From the human T2T-CHM13v2.0 reference genome, Homo sapiens, in NCBI RefSeq assembly GCF_009914755.1, contig NC_060938.1: a stretch of DNA of 64,000 nucleotides; one strand, given 5' to 3'. Positions 12,111-26,252 of the stretch are shown piece after piece; position 1 is the first letter of the stretch; each line of letters begins with the position of its first letter. The notes below the pieces were generated by a model. It saw only the letters and a program-made list of their open reading frames with translations. It did not search any database and had not been told where the DNA came from. A program made the position numbers and the translations under genes.

Positions 12111-13089
12111 ACCTTCATCACGGTACCCTCATTGCCCGCAGCCCAGTGCCTGGCAGCAGCAGGCCACCGTGGCTCAGGACCCCTTCCTGTCCTGTTCACC
12201 TTCATGTTTTCATCCCACCATGGGGAGCTCCCAGGGAAGGCCACATAGAAGCCAGGAGGCAGCACCCTTTGCAGCTCCAGCCTGAGTCAGCAGCAGTTTT
12301 CAGTTTAATGAGATGACAGTAACGATTGTGCCTTTCTGGGATGAGTGGGCCTGGCCTCCCTAGAGACCTGTGGAAGGTGTGGCATTTTTATCATTCCTGA
12401 ACTTGAAGGTCAAGGGGAAGGCAGGCATCTCAGAAAGGAGCAGGACCCACAGAACATGCATTTGCTGCCCTAGAATTAAGTCTGAACTTCAGTGAAAGGG
12501 GTTGAACAGTACCTGGGACTTCTTCATTTTGGCAGGTGCCACTGAAAATGCCCCTTCTCCATCCTCTGCATTTGCCAGGACATGCCACACAGGTCTCCTA
12601 AAAAGTGCTGTTTGCTTGGCCTCTAATGATTCTTACGGCTTTATCAGCACACATGGCCCATCAGCTCCTAGCCCTCATGCAGCCTCTGCAGCCCTGATGC
12701 CCTGGGGGTGAGAGCTGTGGTTCATCCTGATTTCTTCCCTGCTCTGGATTCTCTAGGCAAGCCATGGACCCTACTTCATGGGTCCCTGCCCCACAGACCC
12801 CTGCCCCACAGGTCCTTACTCTCCAATCTCTACCCAATGAACCCCCATTCCTCAGACTCCTTCCCTAAGGACCCCTGCTTACTCCTCAGCCACACTGCAG
12901 TCATTCAATTCATGGACCCTCCCTGGAGCTTTGCTTCTCTTTTCTGAACCCAGGTGTCCAGGACGGAGAAAGGCACCATTATTCTAACCATCTTGATTTT
13001 GTATTTTTGGAGGTGTGGGGAGTAAGCATCCATTTCTCACTCATGAAGATCAGTAGGGCCTTGGGGGCTGACTTTCTTATTTTATCCAG

Positions 13090-13310
13090 CATCTATTGAG
13101 CACTTACCATGGGTCAGGTGCTTTGCTAAGCACTTACAATGTAAATCAGCTCAGGGAATTCTCTCAGCTACCTTGTGAGGCTGGTGCTATTATAATTCCC
13201 ATTTTACAGATGAAGAGGTATAGGCTGGGGGAGATTCAGGAACTCACCCTGGTAATCCAGTTCATAGCAGATAAACCCCTGGACTAGGATTCACACCCAA
13301 GGAGTCCCAC
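13090..13310 (-). mobile_element. MIR SINE
   Basis: tattgagcacttaccatgggtcaggtgctttgctaagcactt...cccattttacagatgaag. Confidence 0.85.
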
Positions 13311-14031
13311 CCAGGCGCCTCCTCTTTCCTGGCTGCCTCAGGTGCATCCCCAGCATTCTAAAGCAGGCGGTCTGTGACACAGATGCAAATGATCTTCAGC
13401 AAGGGGAGTAGTCCTGGAGGGACAAGCTGATTAGTGTCATGTGTCAGCTACACCAGACAAGCAGTAGAGTGGGACACAGAGCGAGAGGTCAGAGGTCAGC
13501 TTCCAGGGTGACCAGGAACAGGTTAGACTAATGGAGTGCAAGGCAGGTGGGACAGAATGGGGCAGGATGGGGCAGGATATAGCTGAGAGTAAGGCAGGAG
13601 GTTAGGCACTCTCTGTTACTGGGTTTTGGCTACCTGGGACAAAGAGAGGCCATATGAGTCAGGGAGCAGCCACGTGGCTTGCAGGTACTGGTAGGGGCCT
13701 GGCATGAGGAAGAGCTGGGGGGTAGGTGGAATGTTAGTACCTCTCCCCAGTAGTGAAATTAGCGGCTTCTTACTGTTCCTCTCCCCGCAACCCCATCCTT
13801 CAGATTCCAGGAGAAGCAGAAGAAAGTTCCTGGGTGTGTGACATCAGTGTCTCCTCCAGTGAGGACGGAGGAGGCCTGAGGGTGTGAGTGTGACGCCCCA
13901 TGTGAAGCCCTTCTCTCTAACCTTGTCTTCGCTCTCTGCTGCAGTGTCCTGCAGTGTCAACGCTAACTCACAAGCAGCAGTCCTTGCCAAACCAGCCTTC
14001 CTCTGCCACAGCCCTTCTCCATTTATTTTCA

Positions 14032-14583
<552 letters not shown>

Positions 14584-14894
14584 GTTCATTAAAAGTTAAT
14601 AGAAACAATGGACCCTGAGGGCTGCAAAACGGCCTGGCAAGGAAGAAAATGTCATTTCCATCATCCAGATGCTGAACAGATTCCCACTGAATTTTGATTT
14701 GCACTGTTTTGGGGGACAGAGGGAGAGAGGCAGGATGGACGCCAAACACTTGTTTGTTCAGCCTCTCTGCTCCTTTCCTCTTCTCCATCAGCCCCTCCGA
14801 AGTTTCAGATGCCCAGGCAGGACTGCTGAAGGGTATTTATACCTGGGGAGAGCTCAGCACACCTCATGTCACAGGCTGGACTGGCTGCTTCAAC

Positions 14895-15560
14895 TATTCA
14901 TTTCATCAACAAGTGATATACTAGCCTCAGATACTGTGTTATGCCCTTGAGAGACAGAAATATATAAAGTTAATATAAAACATGGTCTCTGACTTCAAGG
15001 AGAGTAAAAAAAAAAAACCACAGTGCTAAGGGTGCACATAGCAGGGGCAGCCAGTGCCTTTGGGGGTTAAGGAAGGCTCCCTGAAGGAGGTGACCTTGAG
15101 GCTGAGACTGGGAGGGTGAAGAGGAGCTGGCAGTCAAGTGGCAGGGATGATGCGTAGGGAAAAGATGCTCCGTGCAGAGGGAAGGGCATATGCAAAGTCC
15201 CAGAGGGGAGGAAGAGCAAGCTGTGTTGGTGAGACACGAGACTCAGTGTGACTGGAGTGGAGAATGCCAGAGGAATGCGGGGAATAAACAAGGCTGGGAA
15301 GCAAGGAGGGCGGAGACACCGGTGAACTTTCTAAACAGCCTTTGAAGATTTTGATCTTCATGAGGGCAGGCTTCATTTTGTTCACCACTGTATCACCCTG
15401 GCTGCAATGTCAAGAATTCAGGGCAATCAATGACACTGGAGGCAGGACGCAGGGAAATGGAAGAGCTCTATCCGCAGAGGGCAGAGGGGAGGGAGAGAAG
15501 CGGATGGTAGAACCCACAGGCTTGGTGATTAGTTGAGCGGGTGGGAGGCAGGAGTAGTCA
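14895..15560 (-). mobile_element. L2 fragment(s)
   Basis: ggaaggctccctgaaggaggtgaccttgaggctgagac...gcagagggaagggcatatgcaaagtccc. Confidence 0.7.
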
Positions 15561-16072
15561 GGATAAAGGGCATCTCAGGGCCCTTTCTTCTGCAAGCACC
15601 TGGTGAGGTACAGACTCCAGCCCTGAGGCAGGGCAGCCCCCACAGGCACAGCACACTGTGGGCTCTGGGATTGAACTCAGCTCAGAGACTGGGCTCTGGG
15701 ATTGGCAGGTCTGAGAAGCTCCCAAAATGGGTTTTAATTTACTTGAAAATATATGTTGTAGAGTATTTGAAAGCTCTGTGTGTGTGTGCTGGGGGTGGAG
15801 GGTTGGGACCTAAACATAGAGTTTCCACTTTTTCAAAGCTTTATGTAGACAAAACGATCAAGTGATGTCACAGCATTTTGTTCCCTCAGCCTTTAAAACA
15901 TTTACTGACCAACTGTCATGTGCAAGGGAGGAGGAACCAATTATTGAGTGCATGCTCATTTGCCAAGCTTCATTTGTTTTATTTCATTTTGTTTTCCAAT
16001 CATCCCATGAAGTGTAACTCGGTTTTGCGACGTGGCTTGCCTAAAGCCACACAGCCACCAGAGTTCAAGCTA

Positions 16073-16390
<318 letters not shown>

Positions 16391-16454
16391 TCAATTCATG
16401 TGTAGGCTTGGTTATGAGGGAAAGTCAGTTGAAGGAGCAGGTAGTCTGGGGTTG

Positions 16455-16675
16455 TAGAAAAAATACAGGTTTTAGCATCAGCTAGATCAGGATTCAAATT
16501 CTGGTTCAATCTCTTGCAAGCCAAGTGGCCTTGAGTGTGTTACCTAACCTCCTTGATGCTCCATTCCCTCATCTGCAAACAGAGATAGTGCTACTCACTT
16601 TGCAGGGAATAGAGATTAGAGAGTATGCAAAGCATGTGGCATGGTGCCTGGCACATAGCAGATGCTTAGCATAAG
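16455..16675 (+). mobile_element. MIR SINE
   Basis: ggattcaaattctgg...ttacctaacctcc...cctcatctgcaaac...gtgcctggcacatagc. Confidence 0.8.
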
Positions 16676-16684
16676 GCTTCCAAG

Positions 16685-17390
16685 ATTATTTGAGCTGGAC
16701 CCTGAAGGACAGGTGCCCTTTTCATCAGGAGGAGATGGGGTCAAGAAAGGACATTTCAGGTAGAAGGAACAGAATGAGCAAAAATGTGTTTGCAGGAAAC
16801 CACAAGTAGTAGTGAGTCATTTAGCTTGATTCAAATGTAGAAAAATGTACATGAGAGATGGAGGTTGTAATGGCAAGTTAGAGAACAATGAGGACCTCAA
16901 ATGCCATCTGCTTCTCTCCACTCCCACTGTGCTTCCTTGCCTCAGTCTAGAACAGCTTCCCAGGTTGCTCACCCATCTCCTCACCGTCAGTCTTGTTGCT
17001 TGCAATCCATTCTCCACATTGCAGCCCAGGTTTGCTTATAGTTTGGACTTCATTCAGCAGCCACAAGAAGCCCCTGAAAGTCTTGAGCAGGGGAATGAAT
17101 AGGTCAGCACTGTGCTTTAGTTATGTTGTCCAGACAGCAAGTCCGTGTAGTGAGGATCACAGTGCAGCTTAAGCAGCATAGTCACCTTGTCTGGGCAGGC
17201 TGCCAAGGACTCTCCTCTACTTACCAAGTACAGTCCAAACTCACTCACATGCTCTGTGAAGTTCATCACTGTGTGGCTCTGGCTGCCCGGCCGTGATCAG
17301 CCACTGGACCACCTCACACAACACCCTGATCCCCAGATTATATGTAAACCAGGCTTCTCTTCCTTTCCTTCAGAATACCCTAAATGACAG
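16685..17390. mobile_element. Interleaved L2 fragments in both orientations
   Basis: Minus-strand L2 at ~16685-16902 and ~17030-17120; plus-strand L2 at ~16903-17029 and ~17205-17390. Confidence 0.55.
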
Positions 17391-17518
17391 ATGAAAGAGA
17401 CACAGACCTTGGGATCTGGGTCTGTAGCAGAAGGCAGAACCCCCTAACCCCGCTCGCACACAGTATTTTATTTTATTTTATTTTTGAGGGCTAATGATTT
17501 ATCTTAAAAATTCATGTC

Positions 17519-17858
17519 AGCTAGGTGCAGTGGCTCACACTTGTAATCTCAGCACTTTGAGAGGCTGAGGCGGGAGGATTCCTTCAGGTCAGAAGCTTGA
17601 TAATAATGTGGGCAACATAGCAAGACACTATCTCTAAAAAAAATTTTTCTTTTTTTTTAATTAGCTTGGCATGGTGGCACATGCCTGTAGTCCTAGCTAC
17701 TTTGGAGGCTGAGGTGGGAGGATCCTTTGAGCCCAGGAGTTCGAGGATGCAGTGAATTATGATTGTGCCATTGCACTCCAACTTTGGTGTCAGAGTGAGA
17801 CCTTGTATCTAACAAAACTCAATCAAACAAAAAAACCAAAACCAAACAAAAGAAAAAA
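17519..17858 (+). mobile_element. AluJ, full length
   Basis: AluJ-type motifs (gaggat...gagcccaggagttcgagg); TSD aaaaa(g)ttcatgtc on both sides; tail degenerated to CAAA-type repeats. Confidence 0.95.
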
Positions 17859-18119
17859 GTTCATGTCAATTTTGTCTTCTATTATGTAACATTCATGCTT
17901 ATTTTAATTTAAAAATGCCTTTACTTCCTTCTTGTATAGCCTATTTTACCCAAATATTTAAGCAAAATTAACATCCCTGAAAAGGCACATCATCCTTATT
18001 CCATGGCTTTGAGTACGCCTTGAACCCCAGCAGTGGCTTCCTGAGCATATCTAATTTGGAAAGCACCACCTTAAATGGTAGCTGTAGCTCAAATTTTCTC
18101 TCTGCTAGGGGCGCCATTC

Positions 18120-18510
18120 TCTTTTTGAGCTGAAGAATTCCTATTTATACTTCAAGATCCAGCTTCAACGCTACCTCCTTATTTAAAATTGATCAACTGA
18201 TTAATTCAATAAAGAGTTCATGAGAGGCTCTTCCTGCTAGCCTGCCTGGCCCTACCCCTCCCATGAGAACTGACCCAGCCTTCCTTTGTATTTCCATAGC
18301 ACTTTGTAATACCTCCACTGTGGTTCTTATCCCATGGCGTTAAAACTTAGTTTGGATGTGTCTGTTTGCCTGCTCTACTAGTTCTGTGAAGGCAAAAGCA
18401 AAAGAGAACCTTACTTATTTTTGCTCCTTGGTGCCCATTACAGTTCCTGGAACGTAATAGGAGCTCTTTTCACCATGGAGGGAGAGGCCAATAAGGTTTT
18501 GAATGATGTG
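18120..18510 (+). mobile_element. L2 fragment
   Basis: attcctatttatacttcaagatccagcttc...tccatagcactttgt...cagttcctggaacgtaatagg. Confidence 0.65.
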
Positions 18511-19452
18511 TGCTGTTGAACTCTGATGGTGAAGAGATTCACCTGGATCACTGTGCCCTACCTCAGAATCACCGGGTTGGCTTGGGTAAAGTCTCCCACT
18601 CTTGCCTTTACTCAGGCTGAGGATGTTCACAGGCAGTATCAGAACCTTTCCTCTAATCCTAATTAAACACACCTCTGCTGCCAAATATATACCAAAAGCC
18701 ATAAGCTGGGAGGAAGCAAGTGTCTTTAAAGACTTAAAGAGTGATCTACGATTGAGATGCTGTCTCCCTTCCAGGGGAGGATTGTGGCTTTCTGGCAATT
18801 TTACCATCCTTCATGGGGGGTGGGGGTGGGGGTGATGGGGAAGGAATCTACTCAGCCTCCAGACCACACCTGGTCCGGTGGTTTTCCAACTGCTCACATG
18901 TCCCCTCTGTGGGGGTGGTGGAGGGAGTGGGTCCAGGAGCCCCACTTGGAGGAGCAGAGATGTCAGTTGCAACCCTCCAGATTCAGCTCAGGGACACCCC
19001 CTCCTTGGTCCGGCTTCCTTTTCTCTTTCCTCAGGAGTTTCCCAGATCTGAGATCTCAAGGCCTGGACTCCTGGTCTCCCACACTTAAGGAGCCTGCCTT
19101 CAGCAGTTTCAAATGAAGACGGTTTGGCTCCACCACACTTTCAAGGTCTGGGTTTTGACCTTGACGATATTTATTGAGTGAGGTTATCCAAACAAGGACT
19201 TCCGAAGGCTGTAGCATCCAGTGGTTTTTGTGAGTGTGACTCCCCTGCTGCTGCCTCTATTTATAAAGTTTGAGCTCTGGTTTCTGATGGTTCCAAACCT
19301 AGTGGGTGGGGGTGGCAGTCTTTTCTTTACCTTCTATTTGCCTGTTGGCAGCTCTAAGAGACTAAAATATTCTCTTCCTACAAGCAGGCTATGGAGACTT
19401 TGGAGCACAGCAAGAGTTGTTTTAGCCAGAGCAGTTATACGACAGGAATCTC

Positions 19453-19542
19453 TGCCCAGAAAAGAGGAGATAAATCAATGTTTGCTTAAGGAATAAAGAC
19501 CAAACTCCTCTGGAAAAACAAAACGTGATTTTTAAATGATCA
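19453..19542 (+). repeat. Local 90-bp direct duplication, copy 1
   Basis: 86/90 identical to 20351-20440. Confidence 0.97.
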
Positions 19543-20350
19543 AAGTTGGCTTTAGTAATCACTGAGGGAACTGAACTCCTTGAAGCTCTCAATGGGTGTC
19601 TGATGGTATCCTTGCGGTCAAATATCAGATTTATTTGGCCATGATTAATTGCTGATGCCAGATTCCTGTCTTCCCCTTGGCTACATCTTCTTCCCAGCTA
19701 ACCCCAGTCACTTGCTCCATTTTCATCTTTATGCTTTTATGACATTTGCATCAGCCACCGTATTATCACTTACATATGGATAAGGTGGAGAGAAAAGGAG
19801 GAAACGATGAAGCCTCGTTTTCAAGACATATGTTCATGTTACATTGAATAACATGATATATATCATTTCTTGCTTCAACCATTAAAACAGCAGCTCTAAA
19901 CCAACCAGCTGTTGGTCCTAATACTTCTCTAAAGAGGAGATTTGGGCCTGCTTGGTGCTGGCAACAATAAGTGGCATCATTGTCCATGCAGGGCCTCCAG
20001 GATTTCACCCTGCCCCTTGTTCCTGCCATGTGATCCACCACCAAAACATCCAGTGTGATGTGGACTTACTCCACAGACCCAGGTTTCCAACACCATGACA
20101 GTCTCAAAACTTCCCTCTAATTAGGCCTTCCAAAAGGGGTAAGATCTAAGTCCAAAAGTAAATAAAAAAGGGAAAGGAGAAAACGCAACCAAGAAAGGAT
20201 GTGCAGTGGGAGGTAATGAAGGGGAGAAGAAATTTTCCTTTTCTTCTTCACTTCCCAGGCTGCACCTGGTTGGATAAGAGCAGCGGTGGAATTAGAAATG
20301 CTGGTAAATTATTTTTTTCCCTTAAAAAGGGTTTTTGAGCTGGTTGTTGA

Positions 20351-21410
<1,060 letters not shown>

Positions 21411-22209
21411 CATGTTTTTTTGAGTAATCATCTTCTCCACTTTGTCCATCTCACATCCTTTTAGGGTAATTCAATTTAGCAAGCTGTAACTGAGTGCTAC
21501 TTGCATGGCCATATTTGGTAATTGAGATACCAAGAGGAGTGAAGCCCAAAACTCAGTCTGCCCTCAAGCTTGATCCTTGCCCTTGAGGATTTTGGAATCT
21601 TATGTCCCTGTGCTGGCTAGAATTCTTAGCTGCATCTCAGCCTCTTCTCTTGCTCCCATCCTATCCACACCAACGCTTGGCCAGATGGGGGCAGGAGTCA
21701 GATTGCATTTCTGGAAGGTCAGTGGTTAACTATTCTGCAGGTTTTCATAGAAGGAACCAAGAGAGGTGGTCAAATGACTTGAGAGAGATGAGGTATTATT
21801 GACTGTGTCGAGCTCCACAGATCCCAGCAGGGAGCCACTCTGCGGAGCAGTCTGGCTGTGTCCTCCTTTCTTAGGAGTGGACAGCAACAGTAAGTAGCAA
21901 CAAATTGATATTAATGTTGCCTTACTTCATGGCTTCCAGTAATAGCTAGTACTTTGTTTGGCTTGGAAAACATGAGCTTTCCATGTGATGCCTCTTTTGG
22001 AATTCTATTGCTGTGTCTTCACTGATGGCTTCTATTTATACAGACCCCTGGTGTTGTTAGACACTGACATGTATCAGCCATAGAAACTGGCTAATGGCTG
22101 GGCAGAAAATTCTTTGTGGAATCACTGAGGCCTTGTGTTGATCTCATTTTGTGATCTGATATTGTTCTGAAAGATATTGTGCTAGAACGATCAATGAACT
22201 GGTTGATCA

Positions 22210-22400
22210 ATGACCTGGGTTCTGACAACCACCTGACCAGGTTGCTCTGTGACCTTAGGCAAATTGCTTAACTTCTCTGAGCCTTTCTCCTGCTCATCTG
22301 CCAAATGTAAATCCTAATCCCTGCTATGACCAGTTGTCAGGTTTCTGAAAAAATAAGGTGGTTATATATGGAAAAACATTTTGAAAACTAAAGTTCCACA
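22210..22400 (+). mobile_element. MIR SINE
   Basis: ctgtgaccttaggcaaattgcttaacttctctgagcct...ctcatctg. Confidence 0.75.
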
Positions 22401-23194
22401 GAAAAATAATAAAACCAAAGTACTGCTGCTCACCAGATTTCATTCCAATACAGCAATCAGAGCCCCAGGTCTTCTTTTAACCATCAACTTCCATTTTACC
22501 TGTATTAGTTGGTGTTTGGACCTGTTAGTGACCTTTTGCTGGGAATTCTTTCATGTAAAAGGCACCTCTTTGGTCTCAATAAACTCTTGTACTTTGGCAT
22601 TTCACCACATAGCTATTTACTCGGTGACCTTTTTCTTTCTTTGTTTCTTCCCAGGATCTAGCAGACCTTTTGTCACCTGGACAGGATCCACTTAGGCAGC
22701 CTCCAACCTACATCAAGGGATTTTAATTTCCTCATGGCTTTGTTAACATTTCACATTGGTACAGGTCAAAACATAAGGTTATTTACTGGGAACTAAGAAA
22801 TGTCACTAATCTGAGTCACAGGAGCTCCATGAGTTCCCCGTAGGAAGTCAGAACAGCAACCATCATCCCAGTGAGTTGAGCATGAGACTGACTCTTCCAG
22901 GCTCCTGAGCCCAGTGTGCTTGACTGAGGTTCCATGAGAGGGCAGCCCTCCTAGGCTGGGAAATGCCAACGCACGTTAGATTTGTTCAAGGAGCCTCTAC
23001 CTTTACTGGCTGCCATTCTGTTAAGGAAAATTCTTTAAAGAAGATTCAAAATCTATTTCCTAACCAAGAAGTCGGGAATGAAGATCATCCTTCACTTCTT
23101 CAAAAGTCACCCATTCATCTTTTTACTTACTCCTTTAACACTGAGTGTGTAAATACTAATGAGAGTGACTGTAATGGCTGTTGATGGATGTGTT

Positions 23195-23243
23195 TTTATC
23201 TTTCGCTCATCTGCTTTATCTTTCGCTCATCTGCTTTATCTTT
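23195..23243. repeat. Perfect tandem repeat, 20-bp unit tttatctttcgctcatctgc, ~2.4 copies
   Basis: Directly visible. Confidence 0.92.
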
Positions 23244-23596
23244 CTATCATCATATATATAGCAATAAGATAAGGTAAGAGAGGCTATGACGAGGAGGGGA
23301 CTTCCAAGCTCTCAAGGAAAAAGGATGTATTTGGTAATTGTCAGAAATAGAACTTTTTAACGCCTTCCCATCTTTTGGCTTGCACAGCACTGGCTCTTGC
23401 TTGTTTTCCGTCTTTGCTGCCTCCTCTTCTTCTAACATTGAAGTGCCTCAGGGGTCCACCTCAGACCCCTTTCTCTTTTCACCAGGAAGGTCCCAGCTAC
23501 TCTCATGGCTGCAAATGCCTCCCATAGGACTTTGACTACCTGCTCCCTTCCATTTGTAGCCCTGGCCTCTCTTCTGAGCTGCAGATATGACAAGTA

Positions 23597-24348
23597 CAGT
23601 CATATCTCCTAGTTCCAGGACTCTCATGAGTACTAAAATCTGTGGATGCCCAAGTCCCCTATACAAAATGGCACAGTGTAGCAGGACGAGCCGCAGACAA
23701 AACCTCTCAGACACCGAGTTGTAGAAGGAAGGGCTTTATTCAGCTGGGAGCATCTGCAAGCTACTGTCTCAAAATCCGAGCTCCCCGAGTGAGTAATTCC
23801 TGTCCCTTTTAAGGGCTCACAACTCTAAGGATTTCACATGAAAGGGTCGTGATTGATTTGAGCAAGCAGGGGGTACGTGACGGGCTGCATGCACTGGTGG
23901 TCAGAGTGAAAGAGAACAGAGCAGGGAGTTTCACAATGTTCTTCCATACAATGCCTGAAATCTATGGGTAACATTGGGTTCTAAGTCATGAGTTGATTCT
24001 TAACTACTAGGTTTAGGCCAGGCAGGCCCAGGCCTGGTTTTGAGCCTGGTGCCGGGCTGCCTGTCTTTGATTTCACTTCCTTGTTTTTTTTTTTTTTTAG
24101 AACAGGTACTGAGTATAAAACAATATAAAACAATATGAGAGGGTCTCTCTCTTCCCTCGATGGTATTTGCATACAAGCTGTATACATCCTCCCATATACT
24201 TTAAATCATCTCTAGATTACCTACAATACTTAATACAATGTAAATGCTACTATATAAATAGTTGTTTCATTGTATTGTTTTTTATTTGTGTGATCTGAGG
24301 TTGGCTGAATTCATAGATATGGAACCTGTGGATACGGAGGGCCAACTG
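23597..24348 (+). mobile_element. MER2 (TcMar-Tigger) split by an LTR insertion
   Basis: aaaatctgtggatgcccaagtcccctatacaaaatggc|...|tatttgcata...tactttaaatcatctctagattac...ggatacggagggccaactg. Confidence 0.85.
23677..24159 (-). mobile_element. HERV-E solo LTR (LTR2 family, LTR2B-like)
   Basis: Reverse complement begins GAGGGAAGAGAGAGACCCTCTCATATTG and ends TTTTGTCTGCGGCTCGTCCTGCTACA; internal AATAAA; degraded 4-bp TSD acag/atgg. Confidence 0.88.
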
Positions 24349-25395
24349 TTTACCTACTTGCTCCCTTGAGAAGTCCATTCAGTGGTATAAACAGCACCTC
24401 CCACTTAACACATCAACAACTGAAGTGTCCATCTTCTCCCAAGCCTGCGTCTCCTTCATATTTTCTCTGCTCAGCACAGCCAGAAACCCAGGAGCTGCCG
24501 TCAGCACACCCCTATCTCTTGTCCCTGCCCCATCCCCTAGCCCTTGCACAGGCTTCTCAAAGCTGTGCCCTTCTCAACATTCCCTCTTCCCAGAATGACT
24601 CCACTCCTTCCGAAGTCTCCTCTCTCTTCCTCTTCCTCTTGCCACATCCGCTCTGCAGGAAGAATCAGCAAGTGTGAGCTTTTAAAATGAGAATTGGATC
24701 ATATTCCCTCCCTTTAAAAAACCCTGTGGGAGTTTCCTGCTGCATTTGAAATGAATGGGAGCTGCTCACAGGCCTGGCCGAGCCCCCTCCTACTCACCGC
24801 TGGCCCCTCTCCTGCCCCAGCTCAGGGTCTTCCCTCAGGAGGTTCCTCTCCTCTCTGCTTCACCCAGCAACTCCTAGTGCTCCTTTGCGTCTCAGCCCAA
24901 ACCTCACTTCTCAGGGTTCCTCCTTGCTCCCCGATTAATTTGTCTCCGCTGTTACTCTTCTTTTCTTCATGGCTCCTCTGCTTTGTAATGATTATTTCTG
25001 TGTGAATTTGCACATTGGTGTGATGTCTGCCTCCCCTGCATAAGCCCCATGAAGACAGGGATTATGCCTTTTTTCCCTTTTTGTCTGGCACCATTGTGTA
25101 TCCTTCAGTACCTAGCACATACAGGAACTTGACAAATATTTGTTGACTATATAAATGCCCAGACTCCAGAAAATCAACTATATAAATTGGAAACATAATA
25201 TTCTATTTATTATTTGAGAGCACGTAATTGTCATTTTAAAACCACAACTGTCCTCAGGCCTGGGGCAGCGTAGCCCTGACCTACGGCCTGTGCTTTAGAG
25301 GCCCCGCTCTGGCCTCCCTCAGCGTGTGGCCCTCCCCATGGGTAAGGAGTGCCCAGGGTCAATGGGACAGTCCCACCCTCTGCTCCCACCCCAGC

Positions 25396-25578
25396 TAGCA
25401 TGGGCAGATTTAGCAAATAAAAATACATGATGCACAGTTAAATTTGAATTTCAGATAAACCATTTTTTTCTTAGTATAAGTATGCCCCATGCAATATTGG
25501 GGACCTACTTATACAAGTATTCAGTTTATCTGGAATTCAAGTTTAACTCTGTGCCCTGTATTTTATTTGGCAGCCTTA
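25396..25578. mobile_element. MER53 palindromic hAT MITE
   Basis: cagatttagcaaataaaaatac...gttaaatttgaatttcagataaac...gtattttatttggcagcc; 8-bp TSD accccagc/gccccagc. Confidence 0.9.
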
Positions 25579-25599
25579 GCCCCAGCTTTTAGACTACTT

Positions 25600-25813
25600 G
25601 CCTACAAACCATGGCCTGTGGTCTGAATCCACCTATGTTTGTACCTGAAGTTTTATTGGAACACACCCACACCCGTTCATTTTATGTATTGTCTATGGCT
25701 GCTTTCGTGATACGGTGGCAAAGTTGAATAGGGGTGACAGAGACTGCATTGCTCACAAAGCCTAAAATAGTTACCATCTGACCCTTTATAGAAAAGTCAG
25801 CTGATCTTGTTCT
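25600..25813 (+). mobile_element. MER58A (hAT-Charlie)
   Basis: aagttttattggaacaca...attgtctatggctgcttt...caaagcctaaaata...ccatctgaccctttatagaaaag. Confidence 0.85.
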
Positions 25814-26252
25814 AGATGACTTCCCCTCACAAGTCCCCGCGCAAGCAATCCTGAGCATACTTCCAGATCATGCAGGGGCCTTTCCCCTGGTCTGGCCTCT
25901 GAGGATGGCCCAAGGCTGAGGGGCACAGGGATGTGGATGGGGTTCAGAGGCATGCGTGCAAGGCCCTCACAGTGCACGATGGGCTGACGAGGGTGCTGGA
26001 TGCTGACCCTCCCTCAGCCATCCTGTTCTGCCTGCAACCTGAGCCTCAGCTTTTGCAATTTGTACCTCGCTTTCCAATTCATTAGGAAGATATATTTTTC
26101 CAGATAGGAAACATATTTTATTTACTTTGTGTGTTAGATTGACTTAACTTTTAAATAATTAAACATGTGGTATTTAGGCCTTCTTTTTCCCTCTTGACCT
26201 GGACCCCTCAAATGTCAGGTCCGTTTTAATCAAGGCAAAGAAATGTCATCAA

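Larger units (their letters stand above)
23340..25150 (+). mobile_element. L2 LINE (host of the MER2/LTR2 nest)
   Basis: L2-type text before 23597 (gaagtgcctcaggggtcc...cttctgagctgcaga) resumes after 24348 and ends in cctagcacatacagg...aaatatttgttga. Confidence 0.7.
25245..26225. mobile_element. Probable ancient hAT-type DNA transposon hosting MER53 and MER58A (family not identified)
   Basis: GC-rich gtgctttagaggccccgctctggcc segment appears to continue after 25815; recall-based only. Confidence 0.35.

Noticed and set aside
13370-13720. Purine-rich segment (and a similar one at ~28490-28760) that might be an ancient LTR
   Set aside because: I cannot assign a family or boundaries from the sequence alone.
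18100-18116. CTCF-like ctgctaggggcgcc
   Set aside because: One G short in the core, so the spacing does not fit the motif.
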